From the IMG/VR virus record IMGVR_UViG_3300027852_000004: DNA of 64,000 bases, one strand, 5' to 3'. The notes beneath the pieces were generated by a model. That model was not told the DNA's origin. It searched no databases and was given only the letters and a program-made list of their open reading frames with translations. Below, piece after piece: positions 29,801 through 37,863 of this stretch. Position 1 is the first letter of the stretch; each line of letters begins with the position of its first letter. The position numbers and the translations under genes were made by a program. This DNA is from an uncultured virus (IMG/VR IMGVR_UViG_3300027852_000004). Taxonomy: Duplodnaviria > Heunggongvirae > Uroviricota > Caudoviricetes.

Positions 29801-29932
29801 TGGTCTGACTTCAGACAATTTCATGTTGGGGATTATTATGGTAGAGCATTTAAATTCAAAGTCGAACTCTCAACTGAATCACACAACGTGACTCCCAGTA
29901 TATCTGGCCTAACAGCAAGGATACAGTATTAA
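26846..29932 (+). CDS. Tail tip/host specificity protein (J-like) with FN3 domains
   Basis: IIYGKRRVGG, VKGKKVYDPR and YDVRAR FN3 motifs. Confidence 0.88.
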   Translation: MPPVFTAALGAAVSTGVAVATGATLIGGYWLTHFLVTTALGALLNVLTAGDEPNIPVADNSLGYDINAISTIAPHAIIYGKRRVGGVRIYDETTNNETVLHRIIALAGHEVDEIVEIYANDELLTLDGSGNVTAPEQFVGQLRIIKHLGSPTQLADPTLAAASAGLWTSNHKLSGIAYLYIQMQGDREAFPTGAPTFTALVKGKKVYDPRTGLTVWSDNSALCVADYLMEGYGLNVAKAKIDWAYFTTAANISDESVALAAGGTEKRYTMNGTFLTSMTRGQALQNMLTSCAGSIFYGQGLWKIFAGAYITPVETFTKGDFRSNVRISPTHSINDNFNSVGGTFISAETDWQPSDFPSIESATFLDEDNGVPAMADLNLPFTSTSTMAQRIAKILLYRNREQITMSVRLSMRGFAIQVGDVIMIDDEAKGWSSKTFEVVKWGFGYEDLTPYTEVTLREISAEVFDWDADETVFTSNNTNLPSAFSSPTVGVSAQASTRVTPEKISSIIAITVTSTLPDQIDSVEIQYKLSSEIEYTNAGSGVLGTYEIVDLEDASYDVRARGISAFGQRGGWAVVAGISPSSLGTSPSDILNFTAQLNGTTVSLAWDATADLTLSYYRIRHSSEETAATWANAVTLIDKVARPATSIAVPALPGTYHIRAYDKQGTPSENYTSIIVPETYLEDYTTTTTQVDDPTFSGSKTDCSVTANELRIDDPSEAWGLLTYSEAFTLGDWVSLNVTITSDDINDPLGNLTADKCVGSGTGTSPHYIQEASVTVVQDEWYNFSVYVKPDELFQARLMAFHGAAVFDSAGFDLTSDEGSVLFAESEGVDSALITDEGDGWFRMSIDVKNTVDTTTELRIYMMSSEFWQYDASIITGGLHFWGAQMTLGKGRKTYRQAGANTLNNVATYELNTYIDTTAVRRVRARMDIEVNRFDASSGLFDDLVGNIDSLPGLWDGLTSTPQFSDINIKSYIATTDDDPSGSPVWSDFRQFHVGDYYGRAFKFKVELSTESHNVTPSISGLTARIQY

Positions 29933-30801
29933 TGGCTGAACATGACTTCAACATTGCAAATGCAGCTGCCGCAACAGTAAGGGCGGATATTAATAGTGCC
30001 TTCGCTGCTATTGTGTCACAGAATAGTAAAGCAACTGCACCCACCTCCACATTTGCACACATGTGGTGGTATGACACCACTTCTAATATACTTAAGATGC
30101 GTAACACTGCCGATGACGCTTGGATCAATCTGATTCACCTTGACCAGACTGGCGACTTAGCTATGCCAGATTTCAACGGACTTTCATTCTCACAGGGAGA
30201 CATCATCTACTTTAATGGTACTCAGTGGGCCAAACTTGCTATTGGTACGGCTGCGCAAGCATTAGTAGTTAATACTGGTGCTACGGCATTAGAGTGGGGT
30301 ACTGGTAGTATCGTACCCTCTAAGCAAATCTTCACTGCTTCAGGTACGTGGACACGTCCTTCAGGATGTCGCTACGTAAAAGTTTCAGTTACTGGTGGGG
30401 GTGGTGGTGGTGGGCACTCTGGAGCTACAGGTAAAGGTGGCGCAACTGCAATCAGGTGGATTGACGTGACTGCCTTAGGATCAAGCACTATCACTATAGG
30501 TGCAGGAGGTGCAGGTGTAAATTCTGCCGGACCCTCAGCTGGAGGTGATAGTATTTGGTCTGACGGTGCCCATACAGTTACAGGTAAAGGAGGTCCCGCT
30601 ATTAATTGGGCTCTTGCGACTGGGGGTGATATCAACTTGCAGGCTAAAGATTATTCATCTATATGGGGTCCGGGAGGTTCTGACGGTACATCACCAACAG
30701 ACGCCATAAACCCAGGTTCCGGGGGCGGGGCGCATACTTCAGTAAGTAATCCTGGCGCTGATGGTGCTGATGGAATTATCGTAGTCGAGGAGTTTTACTA
30801 A
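29932..30801 (+). CDS. Gly-rich tail fibre protein
   Basis: RADINSAF N-terminus; FTASGTWTRP...GGGGGG...GADGIIVVEEF. Confidence 0.75.
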   Translation: MAEHDFNIANAAAATVRADINSAFAAIVSQNSKATAPTSTFAHMWWYDTTSNILKMRNTADDAWINLIHLDQTGDLAMPDFNGLSFSQGDIIYFNGTQWAKLAIGTAAQALVVNTGATALEWGTGSIVPSKQIFTASGTWTRPSGCRYVKVSVTGGGGGGGHSGATGKGGATAIRWIDVTALGSSTITIGAGGAGVNSAGPSAGGDSIWSDGAHTVTGKGGPAINWALATGGDINLQAKDYSSIWGPGGSDGTSPTDAINPGSGGGAHTSVSNPGADGADGIIVVEEFY

Positions 30802-31163
30802 TGGCTAGAATACTTAAAGTTAAGATGCTAATGAATGAAGTTACTGCGACTGCAGTGTTCGATAGTGATAACATTCCCGATTGGGTAGCAAATCAAGGTT
30901 GGATTAGTGCCCCCGAAGGTACAAACGTAGGTGACGTCAAGGAGATCGATGGCTCTTTCACACCCTTAGTAATTGGACTATCACCTACCCAAGTAGAGGA
31001 ACTTAAGCAAATTATTGCTGCCGAGGTCATTGACAATAGAGGTGCTATAAGAGCCCTCGCGTTGGCATGTTTAGATGAAATCAACCTACTCCGAGTTGAA
31101 AATAATTGGAATGAGCGTACCGTTCAACAGCTACGAGACACTATCTTAAATAAAATTGACTGA
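30801..31163 (+). CDS. Tail fibre-associated protein
   Basis: Coupled to fibre gene. Confidence 0.6.
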   Translation: MARILKVKMLMNEVTATAVFDSDNIPDWVANQGWISAPEGTNVGDVKEIDGSFTPLVIGLSPTQVEELKQIIAAEVIDNRGAIRALALACLDEINLLRVENNWNERTVQQLRDTILNKID

Positions 31164-31185
31164 ATAATAAATAAAGGAAAATATC

Positions 31186-31521
31186 ATGTGGGACGGGTTT
31201 TCATCATCTTGGTTTCTAGACGGGCTCTTCATTGCAATTGCAGGTGCAGCCGGGGCTCTAGTACGCACTATGTCAGATCCTATGAAGAATTGGAAGAAGT
31301 TGTTGGTTGATGTACCTACAGGCGCCATACTTGCAATCTACTTGGGTGATATGGGTACAGCCTTTATTACCCCCATCTCAGGCGTACTTAAAATGTCAGC
31401 TGAGAGTCAGGCGAAAGCGGGTGCATTTCTAATTGGCGTACTGGGTATGCTTGTTATTGAAGCAATCGTAACCTTTTGGCAAAACAAGGCTACAAGCATT
31501 AAAGGAAAGGATGATAAATGA
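31186..31521 (+). CDS. Membrane protein, putative holin
   Basis: About three hydrophobic segments, basic C-terminus, lysis region. Confidence 0.55.
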   Translation: MWDGFSSSWFLDGLFIAIAGAAGALVRTMSDPMKNWKKLLVDVPTGAILAIYLGDMGTAFITPISGVLKMSAESQAKAGAFLIGVLGMLVIEAIVTFWQNKATSIKGKDDK

Positions 31522-31979
31522 AACATGCAGTAATCGGACTAAAGGCAAGCGCTGCTAGATCTGCACAAATCTTAGTATATGCAGCATTCATAATTATTAT
31601 TATGCTAGCCGTTGATAAGTTTGCAACAACGCCTCAAGTGATCCAAGTTCGGGGAGTCACAGTTGACGTTTTCGGTACTGTAAGATATGAAGGTACGGTA
31701 CTTGAGTATAATGAGCCTACTGCCTGGACGGCGCGAATTGATCGTCCAGATAACGGCGGAGTTTTATGTACTGGCGAAGGAATCGTATCTTGGGATGCTG
31801 AAGATGTCTCTGGAGCTCTTGATTCTGTCGAAGATATCTTCAGAGATCAATGTGCAGGCTATATCACGGAAAACTCTACCTTCACATTTACTTTTATCCC
31901 GTTAAAGGATAATTATTCACCGACAGTCGTTAGAGGGCTAGTTCAACGGCCAGCTGACATTATTCCACTGTCCAAATAG
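31518..31979 (+). CDS. Membrane-anchored hypothetical protein
   Basis: Single N-terminal TM segment; lysis region. Confidence 0.6.
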   Translation: MKHAVIGLKASAARSAQILVYAAFIIIIMLAVDKFATTPQVIQVRGVTVDVFGTVRYEGTVLEYNEPTAWTARIDRPDNGGVLCTGEGIVSWDAEDVSGALDSVEDIFRDQCAGYITENSTFTFTFIPLKDNYSPTVVRGLVQRPADIIPLSK

Positions 31980-31996
31980 ATATGGAAGGGTAAACT

Positions 31997-32782
31997 ATGC
32001 TTAAAGAATGGATTATACTCGCGCAAAAGATCCTCAAAGTCAAAACTGATGGTAATCCTGGACCAAAAACTCTGGATGCAGCGAATAAGTATATAAGTGC
32101 AAAAAAGGTCGAACATTTACGTGACTTATTGCCAGACCTACTGGATCCCCAATTCACTATTGGCCCAAAACTTATCGCAGTCATTCAGATGCATGCTACG
32201 CTAAAGAAAATTCAAGTGGGTGCTGTTGACAGTTTCATGGGACCTCAAACCGAATTCGCCATTGATATTTTGTTAGGTCAACACCAAGCATTCACACGTT
32301 CCGATTTCGGTGAGGGTTTCCCAGCCTCAAGTGACATCGAGAAATATTACGGTAAAGTTGGAGCGAACCAAGTCATGGCTCAAATTCCTTTCGAGCTTAT
32401 GATTGCATGGGACCTCCGTAAGAAGATTACATCGTTTTCTTGCCATGAGAAAGTCGTGCGATCCGTTGAGCAATGTTATGCTCGCGTACTATCACACTAC
32501 GGTGAAGACCGCATTGCAGAACTGTACCTGAATCGTTTTGGCGGCTGCCTTAATGTACGTAAGATGCGTGGCGGAACCTCCTGGTCGACGCATGCGTGGG
32601 GCATTGCTATTGATACTGACCCCGTTAGAAATAAGCTTCGTTGGAATCATACTCGAGCTTCCCTCGCAATGGCTGAATATGATGAATGGTTTAATATCTG
32701 GGAAGATGCTGGTTGGCTCTCATTAGGCCGAGCACGTGACTTCGATTGGATGCACCTTCAAGCAACATCAGCCCTAAACTAA
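31997..32782 (+). CDS. Endolysin, M15-family peptidase with N-terminal PG-binding-like region
   Basis: R...SWSTHAWGIAID...DWMH; DG..GPKT motif. Confidence 0.88.
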   Translation: MLKEWIILAQKILKVKTDGNPGPKTLDAANKYISAKKVEHLRDLLPDLLDPQFTIGPKLIAVIQMHATLKKIQVGAVDSFMGPQTEFAIDILLGQHQAFTRSDFGEGFPASSDIEKYYGKVGANQVMAQIPFELMIAWDLRKKITSFSCHEKVVRSVEQCYARVLSHYGEDRIAELYLNRFGGCLNVRKMRGGTSWSTHAWGIAIDTDPVRNKLRWNHTRASLAMAEYDEWFNIWEDAGWLSLGRARDFDWMHLQATSALN

Positions 32783-32794
32783 GGAGACCTCACT

Positions 32795-33196
32795 ATGCTT
32801 AAGATACTTCAACTACTTTCACCCATGATTGGCCGAGTACTAGAAAAAGCCATCACTGACAAGGATGAACGTGCACGTGTCCAGCAGCAACTAGAGTCTC
32901 AGCTCCTGGCTAACATTGGTGAACTACATGCAGCAGCTGCGGGGATCATTACCGCCGAGGCCAACTCTAAATGGGCTCTTGCTGCGGTCTGGCGTCCCAC
33001 TTTGATGTTAGTGTTCGTGTTTATCATCTTCAACAATTACGTGCTTGCACCATATGTTGCTCTAATATCGGGAGTAGATGTAGCTGTAGTTATTCCCCCG
33101 CAAATGTGGGAACTCTTAAAGATTGGTGTGGGGGGTTATATTGTTGGACGTTCGGGCGAGAAAATGGTCACGAACTATATCAACAATAAAGGTTAA
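32795..33196 (+). CDS. 3TM holin (GTA-release holin-like)
   Basis: EANS....VWRP...MWELL...GGYIVGRS.EK. Confidence 0.8.
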   Translation: MLKILQLLSPMIGRVLEKAITDKDERARVQQQLESQLLANIGELHAAAAGIITAEANSKWALAAVWRPTLMLVFVFIIFNNYVLAPYVALISGVDVAVVIPPQMWELLKIGVGGYIVGRSGEKMVTNYINNKG

Positions 33197-33218
33197 AGAG
33201 TTCACCTTAGGGTGAAAT

Positions 33219-33261
33219 GAGGGGGGCAGCTGATTTCGTGCCTCAGTTAATTGCCCCCCTC
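33219..33261. terminator. Hairpin between the convergent genome arms
   Basis: GAGGGGGGCA...TGCCCCCCTC stem; small TTCACC/GGTGAA hairpin at 33201-33216. Confidence 0.65.
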
Positions 33262-33268
33262 GTCTTCG

Positions 33269-34135
33269 TTAGTAATCCTTCACTATCTTGGCGGTCAAGG
33301 CCTTAACTTCACGCTCAGACAGCCCTACAGCATTTTCAAGACGCATTACTATATCTAGGGCAGCCATCTCGGTTGCCGAGAATGTCACCGCATTCACACG
33401 ATAATCCATAAAAGCTTGCCAGGTAAGGGGACACCAACGCTCTACTATGCCTAACAGAACATCGGCATATTGACGTATTTCCCATTGAGCATGAGGATCG
33501 CAACGCAGACGTAGGAAATTTAGCAGATTGTGCAAATTCACTTTCCAGTACCAGGACGTATAGACATTGGTCGGCAGTACCATCCGTGACAACTCACGTG
33601 ACAACCCTCCATCAACTAGAGCCTCGTAATCAGTATATGCAGAATGAGATGCACGTTTGATAATGGCACGATCCTCTTCAGCACGCGTAAAATAGGCCTC
33701 ACTATACTCACGACCCTGAGCGTTACCTGTAGATTGTGCACCCATATCATCGACGCTAGGGATATAGAATTCACCCGGTAAAATCGAATAACGTGCGGAC
33801 ATTTCATTTACATTGGCTGTACGATGACGGATCCATTGGCGTGCTACAAAGATGGGTAGCTTGACATGCACTTTGATCTCGCACATTTCAAATGGTGTCG
33901 TGTGCCAATGTGACATCAGATAGCGTATCAATCCACGATCCTCGTTAAGTGTCTTGGTACCCTTACCGTATGATACACGTGCAGCTTGAACGATCGCAGC
34001 ATCATCACCCATGTAATCGACGATCTGAACGAATCCATGATCCAACACCTTAATAGATTCACCTTTCATACCGTCCATATATTCTTTACCCTTAACCATT
34101 TCTGATAACGTGTTTTCCATCATCTGATCCTCCAA
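33269..34135 (-). CDS. thyX: FAD-dependent thymidylate synthase
   Basis: RQWIRHRTANVNEMSARY signature. Confidence 0.97.
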   Translation of the reverse strand: MEDQMMENTLSEMVKGKEYMDGMKGESIKVLDHGFVQIVDYMGDDAAIVQAARVSYGKGTKTLNEDRGLIRYLMSHWHTTPFEMCEIKVHVKLPIFVARQWIRHRTANVNEMSARYSILPGEFYIPSVDDMGAQSTGNAQGREYSEAYFTRAEEDRAIIKRASHSAYTDYEALVDGGLSRELSRMVLPTNVYTSWYWKVNLHNLLNFLRLRCDPHAQWEIRQYADVLLGIVERWCPLTWQAFMDYRVNAVTFSATEMAALDIVMRLENAVGLSEREVKALTAKIVKDY

Positions 34136-34595
34136 AATAATCTGCCATTTTTATGCCGACAATTTCAATGCCTGCCTCACGAAACATGATATTACCTATA
34201 TCAGTGGAATCTTCCCATCTATCAGGTATACCAGTATTCCAGGTTACAATCCGAGTGATCCCAGACTGAATGATCGCCTTAGCACATTCGTTGCAAGGCA
34301 TAAGAGTGCAATATAATGTCGAACCTTCCACTTTACGCGGACTGTTCAAGATTGCGTTCATCTCCGCATGTACAACATACTGGTACTTTGTGGGTCGATC
34401 TTTGTAGCGTGCATCTAAATCTTTCACGCCTCTAGGGAATCCGTTATATCCCATCCCCAGCACAATACGACTATCTGGAGCTACAATTACAGCCCCAACC
34501 TTAGTCGATGGATCTCGAGACCAGCCCGCAACATGCAAAGCAAGCCCCAAAAATCGGATATCCCACTTGTCATTCGACAGCTGCACCAGACTCAC
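34092..34595 (-). CDS. dCMP deaminase
   Basis: HAEMNA and PCNEC zinc motifs; GYNG. Confidence 0.93.
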   Translation of the reverse strand: MSLVQLSNDKWDIRFLGLALHVAGWSRDPSTKVGAVIVAPDSRIVLGMGYNGFPRGVKDLDARYKDRPTKYQYVVHAEMNAILNSPRKVEGSTLYCTLMPCNECAKAIIQSGITRIVTWNTGIPDRWEDSTDIGNIMFREAGIEIVGIKMADYFGGSDDGKHVIRNG

Positions 34596-35112
34596 CTCCT
34601 ACTACTCGTTCTGCCCGTAGGGAACGCGCCTCGCTTGCCTGAGTCAGCATCTCCTGCATCCAACGTGCAATCTCTTTCGGCTGCATGAGCACATCTGGGC
34701 ACGCAAATTCTTTAGGTGAAGGTAAACGATCATCTTCACTAATACCACGTATGAGCGATGTTACGAGCATCATTGCTGACGCCATAAAGACACAGTGTTC
34801 CGGTAAGAAAGATCCACCTTCAGTATCGTCAATTTCGTGCCGCGCTTCAATATTGTTTAGGTGGCGGCGAGTAGAGTCGATCAACTGTTGGATAGGAAGT
34901 CCTTTCTCCCAGTTACGCCAGCCGTAGTGGAGACCACCATATTCAAAGGCAGTTGCTGCAGACCCCAATGCTTCCGGTGGAATGGTACGTAGTGATGGAA
35001 GCGTCAGCGAATCACGCTTAGCTCCCGTCACCTTAATACTATTCGGCACTTTCTGATAATGCTTCTCCTTCGAGGCATCGATTGGTTGTCCATCATAATC
35101 AAAGTCAGCCAT
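34570..35112 (-). CDS. dATP/dGTP diphosphohydrolase-like protein (DUF5664)
   Basis: IPPEAL...FEYG..HYG.RNWEKG.......S.RRHL. Confidence 0.8.
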   Translation of the reverse strand: MADFDYDGQPIDASKEKHYQKVPNSIKVTGAKRDSLTLPSLRTIPPEALGSAATAFEYGGLHYGWRNWEKGLPIQQLIDSTRRHLNNIEARHEIDDTEGGSFLPEHCVFMASAMMLVTSLIRGISEDDRLPSPKEFACPDVLMQPKEIARWMQEMLTQASEARSLRAERVVGGESGAAVE

Positions 35113-35133
35113 TATAGTTCCTTTCAAGGTTAA

Positions 35134-37497
35134 TTATCCGCATTTATTGTAATCGCAAGATTCACATTTCTCACATCCGTCCGAGTAGATCAAAGATGGT
35201 GATTGACATTTAGGGCACACAGGTTTTACTTGCACATGTACCTGATACTCACCTGCAGGCGCTAACACAACATGATCCAAATATCCTAGACCTTCAATGT
35301 GATTCAGGATCACATCACCAATCTTGGCAACGAGACTACCATAATGTGAACCCTCAATCCAGGCCGTGTCATGTGTGGACTGTAACTGCATAAGCTCACG
35401 TGCAATGAATCTTGGGTCTTCTACCCGCTTCATAATTGCTGAGATCAAAACTGACATCGCTGTCGTCCATTCTTGGAATCGTGCATCCTTTGAATGGATA
35501 AAGACCTCCTGTGACGCCCCATCTTCGTCCTCATTGATCGTAATATAGATCGCAGAGTTCCATGATGGCCATGCAATCTTATACGTACAGCCTGACATGA
35601 TAAAAGGACGCTTAACTGGCTCAGTCACGGGTACCTGAAACGGATTTGCTTCAGGGGTGGCCTTAGGCTTATCCTCACTTTCTGATACTGTCAGAATAGA
35701 TCCGATAATGTCATTAGGTCTGTAAGTGGTACACCCTTTCAAGCCGAAGTGAAAGGCTTTAAGATAAACGTTTTCAAAGGCCTCAAAAGCAACTTCCTTA
35801 GGTACGTTGATCGTTTTGGAAATGCTTGAGTCAACATACCTCTGCAAAACCTCCACAGTGTTCAAGTGATCCTCAATGTACAACTCCTCCACCGTCTTAA
35901 TCTTCTTCAGAAGCTTACGACCCTCTTCAGCGTACATCAATTCCAACATTTTGGCTGTGTAACCCCTCACATTGGTATATTGCTTAAACTTACCTGAAGG
36001 TAATAGTACTTTACGATCGTGGACGTGTGAAAAGATAGGCTCAGCACCTGAAGATACATTACAACCAAATGCTAATGCAATAGTTCCAGTTGGTGCAATA
36101 GAAATCAGATGTGAATTAAGAGTACCATACTTACTGACCGACTTTATCGTCTTAGGGTTGAGGATGGGGAGATACTTACTATCCAGATAATGATCGCGAT
36201 CATATTCTGGAAATGATCCACGCACCTTAGCCATCTTCGACGATTTCCTGTATGCGGCATTTGCAATAGTGTACATGATAGCATCTGCATACTTGCAAGC
36301 TTCAGGCGAACCATAATCAACACCCAGCTGAGCTAGAGCATCGGCAAGCCCAATAATACCTAAACCGATACGACGCTTACGCATTTGTTCATCACGTTGA
36401 TCTTGGAGGGGATAGTACGTGACATCAATTACATTATTCAGTAACTGTACGCCAATCTCTGTAACGGTTTCAAGCATACCGTGATCAATGTAGGCTTCGG
36501 CCGTGAATGGATTTCCGATCATACGCGACAGATTAACCGAACCTAAATTACATGCACCGTAGGGGGGTAGAGGTTGCTCACCGCAAGGATTTGTCGCAGT
36601 GAGATCCTCGCAGTAATGTAAGTTGTTCATCTCATTCATTCGGTCCACAAAGATCACACCCGGTTCAGCGTAATCATATGTGGACTTCATAATGATATCC
36701 CAAAGGTCACGAGCCTTCATCTCTGCATAGATGAACGTATCCTCAACACTATTCGTTATTTTACCTAAGCCAGTAGGCACCTTAGGTGGCTTAACATGAC
36801 GTAAATACCACATTGCATCGGCTTTAACTGCAAGCATGAATTCATCAGTAACAAGGACTGACAGATTAAATTGCCTTAAACGATTTGGAGTACGTTTGGC
36901 TTGAATGAATTGTACAATATCTGGATGTGAACATATCATTGTACCCATCATTGCTCCACGACGGGAGCCTGCAGACATGATAGTCTTACACATTGCATCC
37001 CATAAATCCATGAAAGGTAATGGCCCTGATGCTGCGGCATTCACACCTGACACCTCAGCACTATCTGGACGTATGGGAGAGAAGTCCATACCGATCCCAC
37101 CACCCTGTTTCATTGTAAAGGATGATTCAGACAGGACACGCATGATATCCTTCAAGGAGTCTCCGACCTTATCCATCACATAGCAATTCATGAGTGTGAC
37201 TTTGTTACCAGTACCTGCACCCGCCCAAATACGTCCAGCTGGAATGAGTAGACGTTTAGTAAGCGCCTCAAGTGCCATATCGTGAGCTATAATACGCTCA
37301 TCCATATCAGGTATTGTCTTATCAGTATATAGAGCCCCACATACGCGTGATGCCATTTGTTCAATAGTTATTTCGCCTGGTTGTGCATATTTATCCTTGC
37401 GTACATCGTTTAACATGTCATGTTCATCTTCATCCATCCTATTATGAATGTCTTCCATATTAAAATATGGGGCCGATTGAAATTTTATTGTAGACAT
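35134..37497 (-). CDS. nrdJ: Class II (B12-dependent) ribonucleotide reductase
   Basis: TNPCGEQPL...CNLGS, IAPTGT, C-terminal Cys cluster; no beta subunit gene seen. Confidence 0.93.
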   Translation of the reverse strand: MSTIKFQSAPYFNMEDIHNRMDEDEHDMLNDVRKDKYAQPGEITIEQMASRVCGALYTDKTIPDMDERIIAHDMALEALTKRLLIPAGRIWAGAGTGNKVTLMNCYVMDKVGDSLKDIMRVLSESSFTMKQGGGIGMDFSPIRPDSAEVSGVNAAASGPLPFMDLWDAMCKTIMSAGSRRGAMMGTMICSHPDIVQFIQAKRTPNRLRQFNLSVLVTDEFMLAVKADAMWYLRHVKPPKVPTGLGKITNSVEDTFIYAEMKARDLWDIIMKSTYDYAEPGVIFVDRMNEMNNLHYCEDLTATNPCGEQPLPPYGACNLGSVNLSRMIGNPFTAEAYIDHGMLETVTEIGVQLLNNVIDVTYYPLQDQRDEQMRKRRIGLGIIGLADALAQLGVDYGSPEACKYADAIMYTIANAAYRKSSKMAKVRGSFPEYDRDHYLDSKYLPILNPKTIKSVSKYGTLNSHLISIAPTGTIALAFGCNVSSGAEPIFSHVHDRKVLLPSGKFKQYTNVRGYTAKMLELMYAEEGRKLLKKIKTVEELYIEDHLNTVEVLQRYVDSSISKTINVPKEVAFEAFENVYLKAFHFGLKGCTTYRPNDIIGSILTVSESEDKPKATPEANPFQVPVTEPVKRPFIMSGCTYKIAWPSWNSAIYITINEDEDGASQEVFIHSKDARFQEWTTAMSVLISAIMKRVEDPRFIARELMQLQSTHDTAWIEGSHYGSLVAKIGDVILNHIEGLGYLDHVVLAPAGEYQVHVQVKPVCPKCQSPSLIYSDGCEKCESCDYNKCG

Positions 37498-37793
37498 TAT
37501 GCATCTCCTAAGGTTTGAATGAGTTGACTTACTTCCGATGCCTCCGGATGTAATTGTCCTTCACCCATGATGACTTCCTGCAAAAGCTTAGATGCCTGAC
37601 TGCCTAGCAGCCTACGGTCATAAACTTCCGGTACTTGTATTCCTCTCAATTTGAGGTCATTTAATTGATCGATCATTTGCCCCGATGACATACCTGTCGA
37701 ACTTGTTGCGGAATTATTCCACGTTCGTGATAGGTTCCAATACTGACTTGCAAGCTGCATGTATTTGCCGGCAGCGACTGTGCTTTTCTTCAT
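37497..37793 (-). CDS. Hypothetical protein
   Basis: GGAG RBS; coupled to nrdJ. Confidence 0.7.
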   Translation of the reverse strand: MKKSTVAAGKYMQLASQYWNLSRTWNNSATSSTGMSSGQMIDQLNDLKLRGIQVPEVYDRRLLGSQASKLLQEVIMGEGQLHPEASEVSQLIQTLGDA

Positions 37794-37826
37794 CTTGTAT
37801 TCTCCATTTTTTAAGCCTCATATTTT

Positions 37827-37855
37827 ATTATAAATTAAATTCAAAAGGAATTCAA
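37827..37855 (-). promoter_or_regulatory. sigma70-like promoter of nucleotide metabolism operon
   Basis: TTGAAT-N17-TATAAT. Confidence 0.7.
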
Positions 37856-37863
37856 TTGTGATT

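Noticed and set aside
34570..35112. 2-aminoadenine (Z) genome
   Set aside because: No PurZ-like gene in the window
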